From: Gemmatimonadota bacterium
GTDB lineage: Bacteria > Gemmatimonadota > Gemmatimonadetes > Gemmatimonadales > GWC2-71-9
Assembly: GCA_039589615.1 (NCBI GenBank)
Contig: JBDHHA010000001.1
Span: forward strand, 63,435 to 127,434
Reading direction: 5' to 3'
DNA: 64,000 nt
Shown: positions 9,959-19,525 of the stretch, one piece after another
Layout: each line of letters opens with the position of its first letter
Position numbering within the stretch: the stretch's first letter is position 1
The notes under the pieces: generated by a model
Databases searched by the model: none
Told to the model about the DNA's origin: nothing
Seen by the model: the letters and a program-made list of their open reading frames with translations, nothing else
Translations under genes and position numbers: made by a program

Positions 9959-10172
9959 GAGTCGTCTCGAGCGTGGGTGATGGGCTGTGGCCGGGCGGCG
10001 CCGGCTGTCGCGTGACCATAACGATTGGCGCCACCCCGCGCCAGGCAGCCGGCCGCCACCTCGGAACCGCCCGGTTTTGCTGGGCTTGCTGTGCTTGACA
10101 CCGCCTTGACGGCGCCGCTGCACCTTGTTCGCCATGGAGAAATCCGCCGGACGCCCAGGCGCCGAATTCGCT

Positions 10173-12500
10173 ATGCAATCCACGTCGAACCGCTACTTCC
10201 GCTGGCTCGTTTCACACCGGCCCTTGGTACTGGCCCTGTCCGGGTCCGTGCTGGTCGCGGCTGCGATGGGGGCGCTCCGGGTGCGGATCGACTACACCGT
10301 CGAGCAGTTCTTCCCGGCATGGGGTCCCGAGCGCAACACGTATGAACGCTACAGGGAGAGCTTCCCCAAGGAGGACGCGCGATTCTCCCTGTTCTGGCAG
10401 GGCCCGGCGGCGCCCGACGCGGCCTCGTACGCCGTGCTGGAAGCCGCGGCCCGGGTCTTCGAGGGCGTCGGGCTCCAGGACGTCCACTGGCTGGGAAGTG
10501 TCGAGGTGGCGGAGGTCGTGGAGGTGGATGGAGAGCCGGCCCTCCACATTCGTCCCCTCGTCGAGGGCAGCCGGTTGACGGATGAGCAGGTCCGCCGAGC
10601 CCTCCAACGGCACCGCGATGACCGGCTGTTCAGCGGGTACCTGTGGAACGAGGAGCAGAGTGTCCTCGGGCTGCACGGCTATCTGAGCCAAGACGAAAAC
10701 GACGATCGCCGCCGCCGGGAGGTGGAGGAGACGCTCGTCGAGCGACTTGCGGCCCTCGATCTGCAGGAAGGCACCCTCGTGCTGGGGGGCATTCCGGTCG
10801 TGCGATCCCGCCTACCGAAGCTGCTACAGGGCGATCAGGTGTTGCTGCTGGCGGCAGGGATGCCGGTGTTCTTTGGTCTGCTGTTCTTCTTCTTCCGCCG
10901 CGTCGGGCAGGTGGTATTGTGCCTGACCGCGATGCTCCCGGCGTATTTCTGCACGGTGGGTCTGATGGGCTTTGCCGGGAAGCCCATCACCGTCCTGACC
11001 ATCTTCGTCCCCATCATCGTGCTCGTGGTCGGGGTGAGCGATTCGATCCACTTCCTCGCGCATTACCGCCGTGCGCGGCGCACCGCGCCGCCGGACGAAG
11101 CGGTTGCAGGTGCGTTCACAGAACTGGCGACACCGTGCTTCTACACGTCGCTTACGACGGCCATCGGGTTTGCCAGCCTGATGGGGACGCGCATCGGCAT
11201 CGTGGTGGAGTTCGGCCTGTTCACGGCCATCGCCATTCTCCTGACATTCGTGTTCAGCGTGACACTCCTTCCGGTGTTGCTGAGTTACTCGGCGCTGGAG
11301 GCTGGGGATGACCGGTCAGTGACCCCACGCTGGATGCGACGCATCGTCGATGCCGCAGCCGGACTGGGGATGCGACCGTCGAGATGGGTGGTGGGGTCCT
11401 TCGCCGTCGTCGCCGTCACCGCACTCGTCCTGGGGACGAAGCTTCGCGTCAATACGTTTCTCGTGGACGATCTCAAGGAGACGTCGGGACTGATTCGAGA
11501 TCTGCGGTGGGTCGAGGCGAAGGGCTTCGGGCTGTTTCAGGTGAATGTGTTTCTGCGGCAAACCGACGAGGAGGTCTTGCACCACCCCGATGCTCTGCGG
11601 TGGATGGAAAGCTTCCAGGCGTTCGTCGAGCAGGACTCCGTCGTGATCAGCACGGTGGCGTTGCCCGATTATCTCAAGCAGTTGCGCCAGGCCGCCCTGG
11701 ACGGGGAAGCCGGAGATCGACTCCTCCCGGCCACTGTCGCGGAAGCGAGCCAGCTACTGTTCCTCGCCGGACTGCACGATCCGGAATTTGTGGAGGACGT
11801 GTATCGCGAGTTGGATGGAGAAGCCCAGGTGATCGTCGCGGTACGGGACGCGGGTTCCGGAGTGCTGGTGCCGTTCCTCCAACGAGTGGATCGATACCTG
11901 GAGCAGCACCCACCGCCGGTCGGGACCGCTGTGTCCACCGGAACGGCCAAGCTCCTCCAGGAATTCACGGCGCACCTCCTCAAGAGCTTCGGACCGAGTC
12001 TACTGGTAGCCCTGATCCTCATCACCGGCGTCATGGTGTACATGTTCCGCTCGTTGCGGTACGGGATGGTGGCTCTCGTCCCCAACCTGTTCCCACTAGT
12101 GGTCCTTCTAGGGGCGATGAAGCTGGGTGGCTTCGACTTGAAGCCTTCGACGATACTCGTTTTCTCCATCGCGTTCGGGCTGGCGGTCGACGACACGATT
12201 CACTTGCTGGGCCGGTTCAGACGGGCCATCCGGCAGGGGTTCCCGTTGGAGGCGGCGCTGCACCAGAGCATCACTGAAACCGGACCTGCCATTCTGAAGA
12301 CCACCATCGTCGTTGCCAGCGGCTTCTCGTTGCTCATGTTCGCCGAGTTTGAGGTGATGTTCCTGGTCGGTTTGATGACGGCCGTGAGCGCTGTCACCGC
12401 CGTCGCCGCAGACCTCTTCCTCTTCCCTTCCTTTATCTCGCTTGCGTGGCGCAGGGTTGAACACTGCAAACCCGTCGCGGCGCAGCTGCAGGAGGTCTGA
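10173..12500 (+). CDS. RND-superfamily exporter, MMPL/HpnN-like (two 6-TM bundles, two periplasmic loops)
   Basis: 775-aa protein with duplicated TM bundles containing GVSDSIHFL and GLAVDDTIHLL motifs (an SSD-like RND signature). No adjacent membrane-fusion protein gene. Confidence 0.8.
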   Translation: MQSTSNRYFRWLVSHRPLVLALSGSVLVAAAMGALRVRIDYTVEQFFPAWGPERNTYERYRESFPKEDARFSLFWQGPAAPDAASYAVLEAAARVFEGVGLQDVHWLGSVEVAEVVEVDGEPALHIRPLVEGSRLTDEQVRRALQRHRDDRLFSGYLWNEEQSVLGLHGYLSQDENDDRRRREVEETLVERLAALDLQEGTLVLGGIPVVRSRLPKLLQGDQVLLLAAGMPVFFGLLFFFFRRVGQVVLCLTAMLPAYFCTVGLMGFAGKPITVLTIFVPIIVLVVGVSDSIHFLAHYRRARRTAPPDEAVAGAFTELATPCFYTSLTTAIGFASLMGTRIGIVVEFGLFTAIAILLTFVFSVTLLPVLLSYSALEAGDDRSVTPRWMRRIVDAAAGLGMRPSRWVVGSFAVVAVTALVLGTKLRVNTFLVDDLKETSGLIRDLRWVEAKGFGLFQVNVFLRQTDEEVLHHPDALRWMESFQAFVEQDSVVISTVALPDYLKQLRQAALDGEAGDRLLPATVAEASQLLFLAGLHDPEFVEDVYRELDGEAQVIVAVRDAGSGVLVPFLQRVDRYLEQHPPPVGTAVSTGTAKLLQEFTAHLLKSFGPSLLVALILITGVMVYMFRSLRYGMVALVPNLFPLVVLLGAMKLGGFDLKPSTILVFSIAFGLAVDDTIHLLGRFRRAIRQGFPLEAALHQSITETGPAILKTTIVVASGFSLLMFAEFEVMFLVGLMTAVSAVTAVAADLFLFPSFISLAWRRVEHCKPVAAQLQEV

Positions 12501-13301
12501 ATGGTTTCACCCCTTCGGAGCCGGTGGTGGACTGTGCTGGCAATAGTAGGGACGTGCGTTCCCCTCACGGTGGTGGCGCAGGACCCCGAGGTGCGCGGGC
12601 TCGAGATCGCCGCAGAGGCCGATCGCCGCGACTCGGGGTATCGCGACATCACGGCGGAATTGACGATGACGTTGCGAAGCCGGAATGGCCGGGAGCACAC
12701 CCGGGTCATGCGGATCAAGACGCTCGAGGTGGAGGGTGACGGGAACAGGACCATCCTGGTGTTCGACCAACCCCGAGACCTCGAGGGCACGGCGCTCCTG
12801 ACGCTGGGCCACCCGACCGGTGCGGACGATCAATGGCTCTACCTCCCCGCCCTGCGAAGAGTGAAGCGGATCGCGTCGGGGAATCAAGCCAGTTCATTCA
12901 TGGGAAGTGAATTCGCTTATGAGGACATCGGCTCACAGGAGTTGGGCAAGTACACCTATCGCTTTCTGCAGAATGACAGTGTCGCTGGACGGAGTGCGTT
13001 GGCCGTGGAGCGCATTCCAACGGACCCGAAGTCGGGATATGCACGACAGGTCGTGTGGTTCGACTCGGAAGAGTACCGGGTCCTCAAGATCGACTACTAC
13101 GACAGGAGCAATGCACTCTTGAAGAGTCTGGAGCTCCGTGGCTACCGGCGGTATGCGGAGGCGTATTGGCGGCCGGACGAGATGCGCATGGTGAACCACC
13201 AGACCGGGAAGAGCACTACGTTGCGGTGGCGCGACTACCGATTCGGCGTGGGATTGCGCGAGGGGGATTTCGATCGCAACCGGCTGAGTCGGGTGAGATG
13301 A
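12501..13301 (+). CDS. LolA-like outer-membrane lipoprotein-sorting/carrier family protein
   Basis: Starts on the nucleotide after the RND stop. Signal peptide present. Motifs WLYLPALRRVKRI and SFMGSEFAYEDI are characteristic of the LolA-like family found next to MMPL-type RND exporters. Confidence 0.7.
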   Translation: MVSPLRSRWWTVLAIVGTCVPLTVVAQDPEVRGLEIAAEADRRDSGYRDITAELTMTLRSRNGREHTRVMRIKTLEVEGDGNRTILVFDQPRDLEGTALLTLGHPTGADDQWLYLPALRRVKRIASGNQASSFMGSEFAYEDIGSQELGKYTYRFLQNDSVAGRSALAVERIPTDPKSGYARQVVWFDSEEYRVLKIDYYDRSNALLKSLELRGYRRYAEAYWRPDEMRMVNHQTGKSTTLRWRDYRFGVGLREGDFDRNRLSRVR

Positions 13302-14470
13302 AGCACGCCCTTCTGTGGCTTCCGTTGTTGGTCACCACAACCCTGGGACGTGTGCCGGTGCCGCTCGAGGCCCAGTGGCGCGGCGCCGTCGTGGTGGAGG
13401 GGCGGGCATTTTCCGGCGCGGCCCACGGCGTCGGTGTGAGTCGCTACGAGACCGCCGTTGCCTTTCGGCTCGAGAGGACGGTGGATTGGGATCGGGGGAG
13501 GCAGTTCCTGACGGTGGCGCCTTTCTTCCGCTGGGACCCGGTGGATCCCAACAGAACCCGGCTCGATTTCCGCGACCTGAGCTGGCAGGGCCGGTGGCGG
13601 GACTGGGAGCTTGCCGTTGGCATGCGGGAGCTGTTCTGGGGTGTGGCCGAATCCCGCCACGTCATTGACGTGCTCAATCAGCGCGAGGTCGTGGCAGGTG
13701 CCGAAGGGTACGTCAAGCTCGGCCAACCGATGGTGCATCTCACGTGGACAAGGCGTTGGGGCGTGGTGGAGGCGTTCCTGTTGACCGGCTTCAGGACGCG
13801 ACCGTTTGCGGGACAGGCCGGCCGGCTCTGGTCACCACTCCCCGTTGACGCCGACGATGCAACGTTTGAATCGGCGGCCGAAACGGGCCACCTGGATGCG
13901 GCCGTCCGGTGGACCCACACGGTGGGTGCGTGGGACATCGGGTTGGCGCACTTTCGAGGTACGAGTCGCGAGCCGCGATTCGTCCTGGGCGGCAACGGCC
14001 TGGGCCAGGCGGTGTGGGTTCCCCATTACGATCTCATCCGTCGCACGAGCGTCGACCTCCAGCTCACAACGGGACGGTGGCTCTGGAAACTCGAGGGCGC
14101 GAGACAGACCGCTGCAGCGGGACGCCACAGCGCGTTGGCCGGTGGTGTAGAATACGCGTTTGCCGATTACCTCAGTGTGCTTGCGGAGTACGTCTACGAC
14201 AGTCGAGGCGACCGGGCGACAACGTCGCTTCAGGACGATGTGTATCTCGGGGCACGGCTCCTCACGCAGGATGGCGCGATCTCAGCGGGCGGCTACATCG
14301 ATCGCAAGACCGGCAACCGTTTCCTCAACATTCAAGCCACCAGACGATTGACCGACGCATTCACCGCAACACTGGAGGTTTGGGTTTTCGGCGGTGCGAG
14401 CGGGCGGGAGCCACGGCATGCCCCACGCCGGGACACCACTCTCGGTCTGCGGGTGAGTCGATTCTTATGA
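13298..14470 (+). CDS. Hypothetical outer-membrane beta-barrel protein
   Basis: ATG at 13298 overlaps the previous stop (ATGA). Signal peptide MKHALLWLPLLVTTTLG, then alternating amphipathic strands to the C-terminus (…LGLRVSRFL). No family recognised. Confidence 0.5.
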   Translation: MKHALLWLPLLVTTTLGRVPVPLEAQWRGAVVVEGRAFSGAAHGVGVSRYETAVAFRLERTVDWDRGRQFLTVAPFFRWDPVDPNRTRLDFRDLSWQGRWRDWELAVGMRELFWGVAESRHVIDVLNQREVVAGAEGYVKLGQPMVHLTWTRRWGVVEAFLLTGFRTRPFAGQAGRLWSPLPVDADDATFESAAETGHLDAAVRWTHTVGAWDIGLAHFRGTSREPRFVLGGNGLGQAVWVPHYDLIRRTSVDLQLTTGRWLWKLEGARQTAAAGRHSALAGGVEYAFADYLSVLAEYVYDSRGDRATTSLQDDVYLGARLLTQDGAISAGGYIDRKTGNRFLNIQATRRLTDAFTATLEVWVFGGASGREPRHAPRRDTTLGLRVSRFL

Positions 14471-14552
14471 TGGTTGGAACCTAAGTGGTTCTTAACGGTG
14501 TAAGACGCATGCTCTCTATCTGCCGATGTTGGCAGTCGATACTTTCCGGTTG

Positions 14553-16151
14553 ATGTCTACTGTGAAAACCCTCCGTTGTCTCGGAGCGTGCCTTCTCGCA
14601 TGCGCGGTGCTGCCGCTTCCCACTGGCGGTCAGGTGTCCGTGGACGTCTCGACTGTGGATCTTGCCTACCGCGATCTGGAGAAGCTGCAATCGTTCGAAC
14701 TGGTGGATCCCACGATCGTTGGGCAGCGACCATATACGCGCCTCGACTTTGCGCGCTTTGCCCGGCAGGCGCGGAGTCGGCTCGATGCAAGTCACACGGA
14801 GTACGTTCGGGGTATCGTCGAACGGCTGGAGCTGCGTTTCGCGTCGGAGCTCGAGCTGCCAACGGAGTATCGAGGCATCGAGCAAGCGTCGATGCAACTC
14901 ACAGGTGCAAGGAGCCCTCCGCGTTTGGTCCGAGAGCACCTCGGCGCCGTCGATGCGGTGATCAATCCATTGTTGGGATACCGGCAAGGCCGGCGCCTCG
15001 TCGATGGTATCACCGGGGGGTTGGAAACCGTGCACTGGGCGCGCTTTTCTGATCGGGCGGCGGTGTACGCCCGTCCGCGCGTCCAGCTTTCGGAAGCACG
15101 GGGGACCGCGGAGAACGTCAACGATGTGACCGTCCAGGAAGCCTACGGCAAGTTGGCGTTCGGTATGTTTTCCCTGCAAGCCGGGCGTTCGAACATGGTA
15201 TGGGGCCAGGGCCGCCACGCCGGCATGATCCTGTCGGGGAACGCACGCGGGTTCGACATGGTCAAGCTCACGAATGAGCCCTGGGTGCCTCCATGGATTT
15301 TTCGCTACCTCGGACCCACCAAGGGCACGGTATTCCTGGCAACCACGGTGGCGGACCGGGACCGTCATTTCGTGAACTCGTACGTTTTCGGTTACAAGGT
15401 GAGTTTTCAGCCGACAACATGGCTCGAATTGGCGGCCAGCTTCATCGTCGAGGCCGGGGGGGAGGGAGCACCAGAGGCGTCCTTCGGAGACCGCCTGACC
15501 GATCACCTCTTCATTGTCGACCTCTTCATCACCGATGCCGACGTGTTCTTTTCGAACAAGATCGGTGGGGGGGAGTTTCGCCTCTGGGTGCCGGGTGCCA
15601 GGGGCTTACAACTCTACGGCGAAGTGGTGTTTGATGACGTGTCGCCGTCGGATTTCGGCAAGTGGCTGGGGCAGGACGCTGGATATCTCGCTGGAGTGTA
15701 CGCTCCACGAATAGACCGTGAGGGACGCCTGGATTTCTCGTTCGAGTACCAAAACACCGGAGTGCGCTATTTTCGACACAGCCAGTTCCGCACCGGTTTC
15801 ACGTTCGACCAGTTTCTCTGGGGAAGCATTCTGGGCCCCGAGGGTCAGGCGGGGTATGTGGAGCTGAACTGGGACGCCACGGGAACGGACGTACTCTCGC
15901 TCCACGGGGCCTACGAGGGCCGAAGCCACGACGTGTACGAGACCACCGGTCGGGACAGGACGGCCAAAACCCAGTCTCTTCCTCAGGAGCGACGCTACCG
16001 CGTCGTCGGTTCATGGACCCATCGTCCGCTACAGGAGACGTTTCTCGTCAAGGCAACGGTTGGTTATGAGCGGGTCAACACCTTCGACTTCGCAGTAGGC
16101 AGCAACCACGGCAGCGTCATCGGGCAGATCGAGTTCCAGTTGCGCTTCTGA
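14553..16151 (+). CDS. Outer-membrane beta-barrel protein, Wzi-like (capsule-assembly family) candidate
   Basis: Signal peptide, an N-terminal helical segment (DLAYRDLEKLQSFELV...RPYTRLDFARFA) followed by a long barrel ending ...QIEFQLRF. The family assignment is tentative. Confidence 0.5.
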   Translation: MSTVKTLRCLGACLLACAVLPLPTGGQVSVDVSTVDLAYRDLEKLQSFELVDPTIVGQRPYTRLDFARFARQARSRLDASHTEYVRGIVERLELRFASELELPTEYRGIEQASMQLTGARSPPRLVREHLGAVDAVINPLLGYRQGRRLVDGITGGLETVHWARFSDRAAVYARPRVQLSEARGTAENVNDVTVQEAYGKLAFGMFSLQAGRSNMVWGQGRHAGMILSGNARGFDMVKLTNEPWVPPWIFRYLGPTKGTVFLATTVADRDRHFVNSYVFGYKVSFQPTTWLELAASFIVEAGGEGAPEASFGDRLTDHLFIVDLFITDADVFFSNKIGGGEFRLWVPGARGLQLYGEVVFDDVSPSDFGKWLGQDAGYLAGVYAPRIDREGRLDFSFEYQNTGVRYFRHSQFRTGFTFDQFLWGSILGPEGQAGYVELNWDATGTDVLSLHGAYEGRSHDVYETTGRDRTAKTQSLPQERRYRVVGSWTHRPLQETFLVKATVGYERVNTFDFAVGSNHGSVIGQIEFQLRF

Positions 16152-16196
16152 GCGGTTGCGGCCGTATCGAGTATCGATAATCTCGGCAAGCTCACG

Positions 16197-17507
16197 CTAT
16201 CGGGCCACCGTGCTTGGCGTCATCTCCCGGATGAAGAACACGGCGTCGGCGACACGGGTCCAGTCGGCCGTCATCGGCGAGTGACCCATAGGACGACTCA
16301 ACAGCGGATTGCTCAACCACTCGCCGCCAACAGGAATACGTCGCAGATCGAGGAACGCGTACTCGTTCCCCGTACGATGGAACAGATCCTCGAGGCTCCC
16401 GGACGCGGCGTCGCCGATCTCCTGCGGCGCGCCACGCTCTCCCTCTCGCGCCAAGCCCATCTGCCCGGCATACGACGTGAACATGACCGTGTACACGTCG
16501 TCACCTAACGTCTCGAGCAGGTGGTGCCCCATGGGAATCATGTTGGGGGCGCCGTTGTTCTCGATCGTCTGGCGGTTCCGCGTGAGGTGCGAAGTGGCGC
16601 CCCACACGATGAGTCGGCGGGTGGGATACTGTTGGGTGGCCAACCAAGTCAGGTTGTCGGCCATCTGCGCGTCCCGCATGTTGGCAATGTTCGGGTCGAT
16701 CTGCTGCGGATTGAGTTCCCAGGCGAACTCGAAGAACTGCCCTATACTCTTCAGCTGTTGTGCCCAGAACGCCGCCGTGTCGCCAGGAGTCCCTCCTGCC
16801 ATCAGACGCTCGCGCACGGTTCCCACGGTGTGATGGAAGGCGGCCCGTTCCTCTGCAGGGAGTGATCGCCACTGCATCGGGTTGGTGAAGAGCATCTCGA
16901 TCGTGCCGGCGACCGTCGCGAACACGGTGTCCGCCGCAAGGGCGGGATCGTGGCGCGTCACGAACTCCCGCAGGTCCGACACGAAGAAATCCCGAGAAGC
17001 CGATCCGTTGGGCTGCATGTCGAATCCCGCGAGCTCCAGGGGCCGGTCCGTGCGGGATGCCGCGCCGACGTAATCCAGGAGCGGCTGAACCTCCTGGCTG
17101 TTGGACCACACGTCGAAGAGGCATCTGCCGGCGGCGGTCTTGGCATCCTCGCCGTGTTGCATGAGGCTCCACGCCTTGCGGCAGTCGTACAGCCCGCTCT
17201 CGAACACGAGCACGTCGAATTCCATCTGCTGGTGCAGGAACTCGATGAGGCGTGTTTTTGCCAGGAAGGTGGCCCCGTCACCGTGGGACTGCTCGCCCAG
17301 CATGACGATCCGAGCGTTCCCGACGGCGCGTCTGAACGGCTCGAGGTCTGCGAAGTCGTCGGACCCCGGGCGTATGTCGACAACCGGCACGGTGTGATCC
17401 GCCAACCACTTCACTCGAGCCTCGTCACCGACGCCCTGTGGCGTGGCCTCCTCGGGGGCGAGGGAGGCGAGGATGGTAGCAGAGAGGAGAATGGCGCGAA
17501 GTCTCAT
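16197..17507 (-). CDS. Erythromycin esterase (Ere) family protein, secreted
   Basis: 436 aa. MLGEQSHGDG motif, VFESG, and overall Ere-family layout. N-terminal signal peptide MRLRAILLSATILASLA. Confidence 0.7.
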   Translation of the reverse strand: MRLRAILLSATILASLAPEEATPQGVGDEARVKWLADHTVPVVDIRPGSDDFADLEPFRRAVGNARIVMLGEQSHGDGATFLAKTRLIEFLHQQMEFDVLVFESGLYDCRKAWSLMQHGEDAKTAAGRCLFDVWSNSQEVQPLLDYVGAASRTDRPLELAGFDMQPNGSASRDFFVSDLREFVTRHDPALAADTVFATVAGTIEMLFTNPMQWRSLPAEERAAFHHTVGTVRERLMAGGTPGDTAAFWAQQLKSIGQFFEFAWELNPQQIDPNIANMRDAQMADNLTWLATQQYPTRRLIVWGATSHLTRNRQTIENNGAPNMIPMGHHLLETLGDDVYTVMFTSYAGQMGLAREGERGAPQEIGDAASGSLEDLFHRTGNEYAFLDLRRIPVGGEWLSNPLLSRPMGHSPMTADWTRVADAVFFIREMTPSTVAR

Positions 17508-17594
17508 AGTGGGAATATATGGGTCTCTATGGAAGACGGAACGCTCGTGTTCTAAGTTTCACAGAACCGCCTGACAACGAGCACTCGAGGACTC

Positions 17595-18422
17595 ATGGCC
17601 CACTCCGTCATGCGCGCTTGGAACGAGCTGGATGTCGCACGATACAAATCAGAGCTGTATCGCATGTGGCACGCGGGGTATCGGGCGGGGCTCTCGCACG
17701 AGAGGGTGCTTTCCACCGCGGGAGAGTTTCGCCGCTCGCCCACGGTGGCGCGAATGCGCCGTCATTTGCTACGAGCCGCCCAGCAGCGAGAAGGGCTCGC
17801 CACGCCGATCAAGGCGAGACCGGATCTCTTCGTTCCCTTCGAGGCGGCGTTGCTGGAGCTCGGGGAGGAGGCGGGCGGCCTGGAAGAAATCCTTCAGCTT
17901 CTGGGGACATACTTTCAGAACGAGCATCGGATGACCCTCTGGGTGAAGAAGAAGATGGCGTATCCCATGATGAACGCCATTGGCGCAATCTTCATCGCGC
18001 CGTTCCCGGTGCTCTTCTTCGGCAACGCGGCGGCGTATGCGCTGACGGTGACCACGAGCCTGGTCGTTGCGCTGGCGGCGGGCGGCGCCCTGTTGGCTGC
18101 GGCGGCCAGATCGTACCGCAATCGGCCCAAAATCGTGTTGGCCCGGCTCTGTCGGGCCATGGCCGTGGGTGTGGAGGCCGGCCTCTCGTTGGATCGCGTG
18201 GTACAGCTCGCGGTCGACGCCACCGGCAGCCGAGAGCTTGCAGGGTACGTGGCGCGGATACCGAGACCGCAACTCCGGAGCCAGCCGCTGGCCGCCACGT
18301 TTTCCGGCTCCGCGCTCGTGTCCCCGGAAATGGTCGCCGCGTTGCAGGTGGCGGAGGAGACCGGCGACTACACCAACACACTCAAGAAGCTGGCGGAACT
18401 CTACGAGGACGGGTTCAAGTAG
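17595..18422 (+). CDS. Compact type II secretion system F (GspF/PilC) domain protein
   Basis: Two T2SSF-like cytoplasmic helical domains (…FEAALLELGEEAGGLEEILQLLGTYF… and …MVAALQVAEETGDYTNTLKKLAELYE) flank a short hydrophobic core. At 275 aa it is shorter than canonical GspF of about 400 aa. Confidence 0.65.
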   Translation: MAHSVMRAWNELDVARYKSELYRMWHAGYRAGLSHERVLSTAGEFRRSPTVARMRRHLLRAAQQREGLATPIKARPDLFVPFEAALLELGEEAGGLEEILQLLGTYFQNEHRMTLWVKKKMAYPMMNAIGAIFIAPFPVLFFGNAAAYALTVTTSLVVALAAGGALLAAAARSYRNRPKIVLARLCRAMAVGVEAGLSLDRVVQLAVDATGSRELAGYVARIPRPQLRSQPLAATFSGSALVSPEMVAALQVAEETGDYTNTLKKLAELYEDGFK

Positions 18423-18425
18423 GGA

Positions 18426-19421
18426 CTACGTCTGAATTCGGTGCTCTCGGATGAAATCCTCGGTGGTTTCCGGCACGAGGAGGTTGTCGGCGATCGCCGC
18501 CAGCTCTTCCGCTTCCCGCCACGCCGCCTCCAACCTGGCCAACTCACCCTCGAGCGCGCGTTGCTCCGTCTCTTCATGGGCCGCCATTTCCAGTGCGAGC
18601 CGTTTGGCCTCGGGGAGCTTGGCGATCCTCGCGGCGGGCTTGCTAGCGGCTGAGAGCGCCGCCCGGTTGAAGAATCGCAGCGGGTCCACTGCGGCCTCCA
18701 GCATGTCCACGGCCTCATCCACCGCGTGTTTCGTCCCGGCGTAGCGGTTGAGGTACGGCACCAGGAGGCCCACGGCATGAACGGCATCCTCGCCGTGTAG
18801 ACGGTAGGGCCGATCGAACTCATCGCGGACGCCGACCGCCCAGCCGTCCGGTCCTTGTCGAATGAGCTGGAGCCACGGGAGGTTTCCGAGACGCACCTTT
18901 ATCGTGTCCCGCACGGCAGCCCGGCGTCGGTGGGGATCGCCCCACCGCGCGTCGCCGGCATCGGTTGGGATGCGGGCCACGATCTTGTTGGGAGAGCCCA
19001 GTAACACCTGGGCGCCGAAGGGGTGTTGGTACACGCCAAGCCGAATCACCTCGATGCCCGCCCTCAGCAGGTTGGCGCGCCGCCGCTTGATGACGAGATC
19101 TCCATACCGCCAGGCGGCGAACTCCGGGAGCTTGGGATCCCCAATCCGCACGAGTTCCAGGCCCTCCTTGAGGCGCGCCAGGCCAATGTGTTCCGTGGAG
19201 AATCGAAGGTGGGTGTCCACGAACAGACGTTCGCACTCTTCGATGACATCCAGGCGCTCGTCTAGGGGTGAAAGGTTCCACCGATTGCACTGGAGGCAGA
19301 CGACCCAGAGGCGCCCCCGGGCACCGTCGAAGGCGAGGCGCCTTCCGATCGGGAAGGTCTCGATGACCTGGTTGGTCTCCAGGTCCTTGAGGCAGAAGAG
19401 GCAGGTGGAATACATCGGCAC
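18426..19421 (-). CDS. Hypothetical protein with N-terminal CxxC...CxxC zinc-ribbon and C-terminal coiled coil
   Basis: 331-aa ORF with coding-like composition. CLFC...CLQC pairs in the first 50 aa. The C-terminus EETEQRALEGELARLEAAWREAEELAAI looks like a coiled coil. No family recognised. Confidence 0.55.
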   Translation of the reverse strand: MPMYSTCLFCLKDLETNQVIETFPIGRRLAFDGARGRLWVVCLQCNRWNLSPLDERLDVIEECERLFVDTHLRFSTEHIGLARLKEGLELVRIGDPKLPEFAAWRYGDLVIKRRRANLLRAGIEVIRLGVYQHPFGAQVLLGSPNKIVARIPTDAGDARWGDPHRRRAAVRDTIKVRLGNLPWLQLIRQGPDGWAVGVRDEFDRPYRLHGEDAVHAVGLLVPYLNRYAGTKHAVDEAVDMLEAAVDPLRFFNRAALSAASKPAARIAKLPEAKRLALEMAAHEETEQRALEGELARLEAAWREAEELAAIADNLLVPETTEDFIREHRIQT

Positions 19422-19525
19422 TGCTCCGGCGAACAGACCTATTCGGCGGTACCCGGCTGGTCATGGAAGGTTTCAGCGCATTATTATGCACTCGCCAGCG
19501 CGGCTCCCACACCACCTGAGGGTCC

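Noticed and set aside
16152-16196. Small AT-rich palindrome TATCGAGTATCGATA between convergent genes, considered as a terminator
   Set aside because: It forms only a 6-bp weak A/T-rich stem with a 3-nt loop and no U-tract. Too weak to call.
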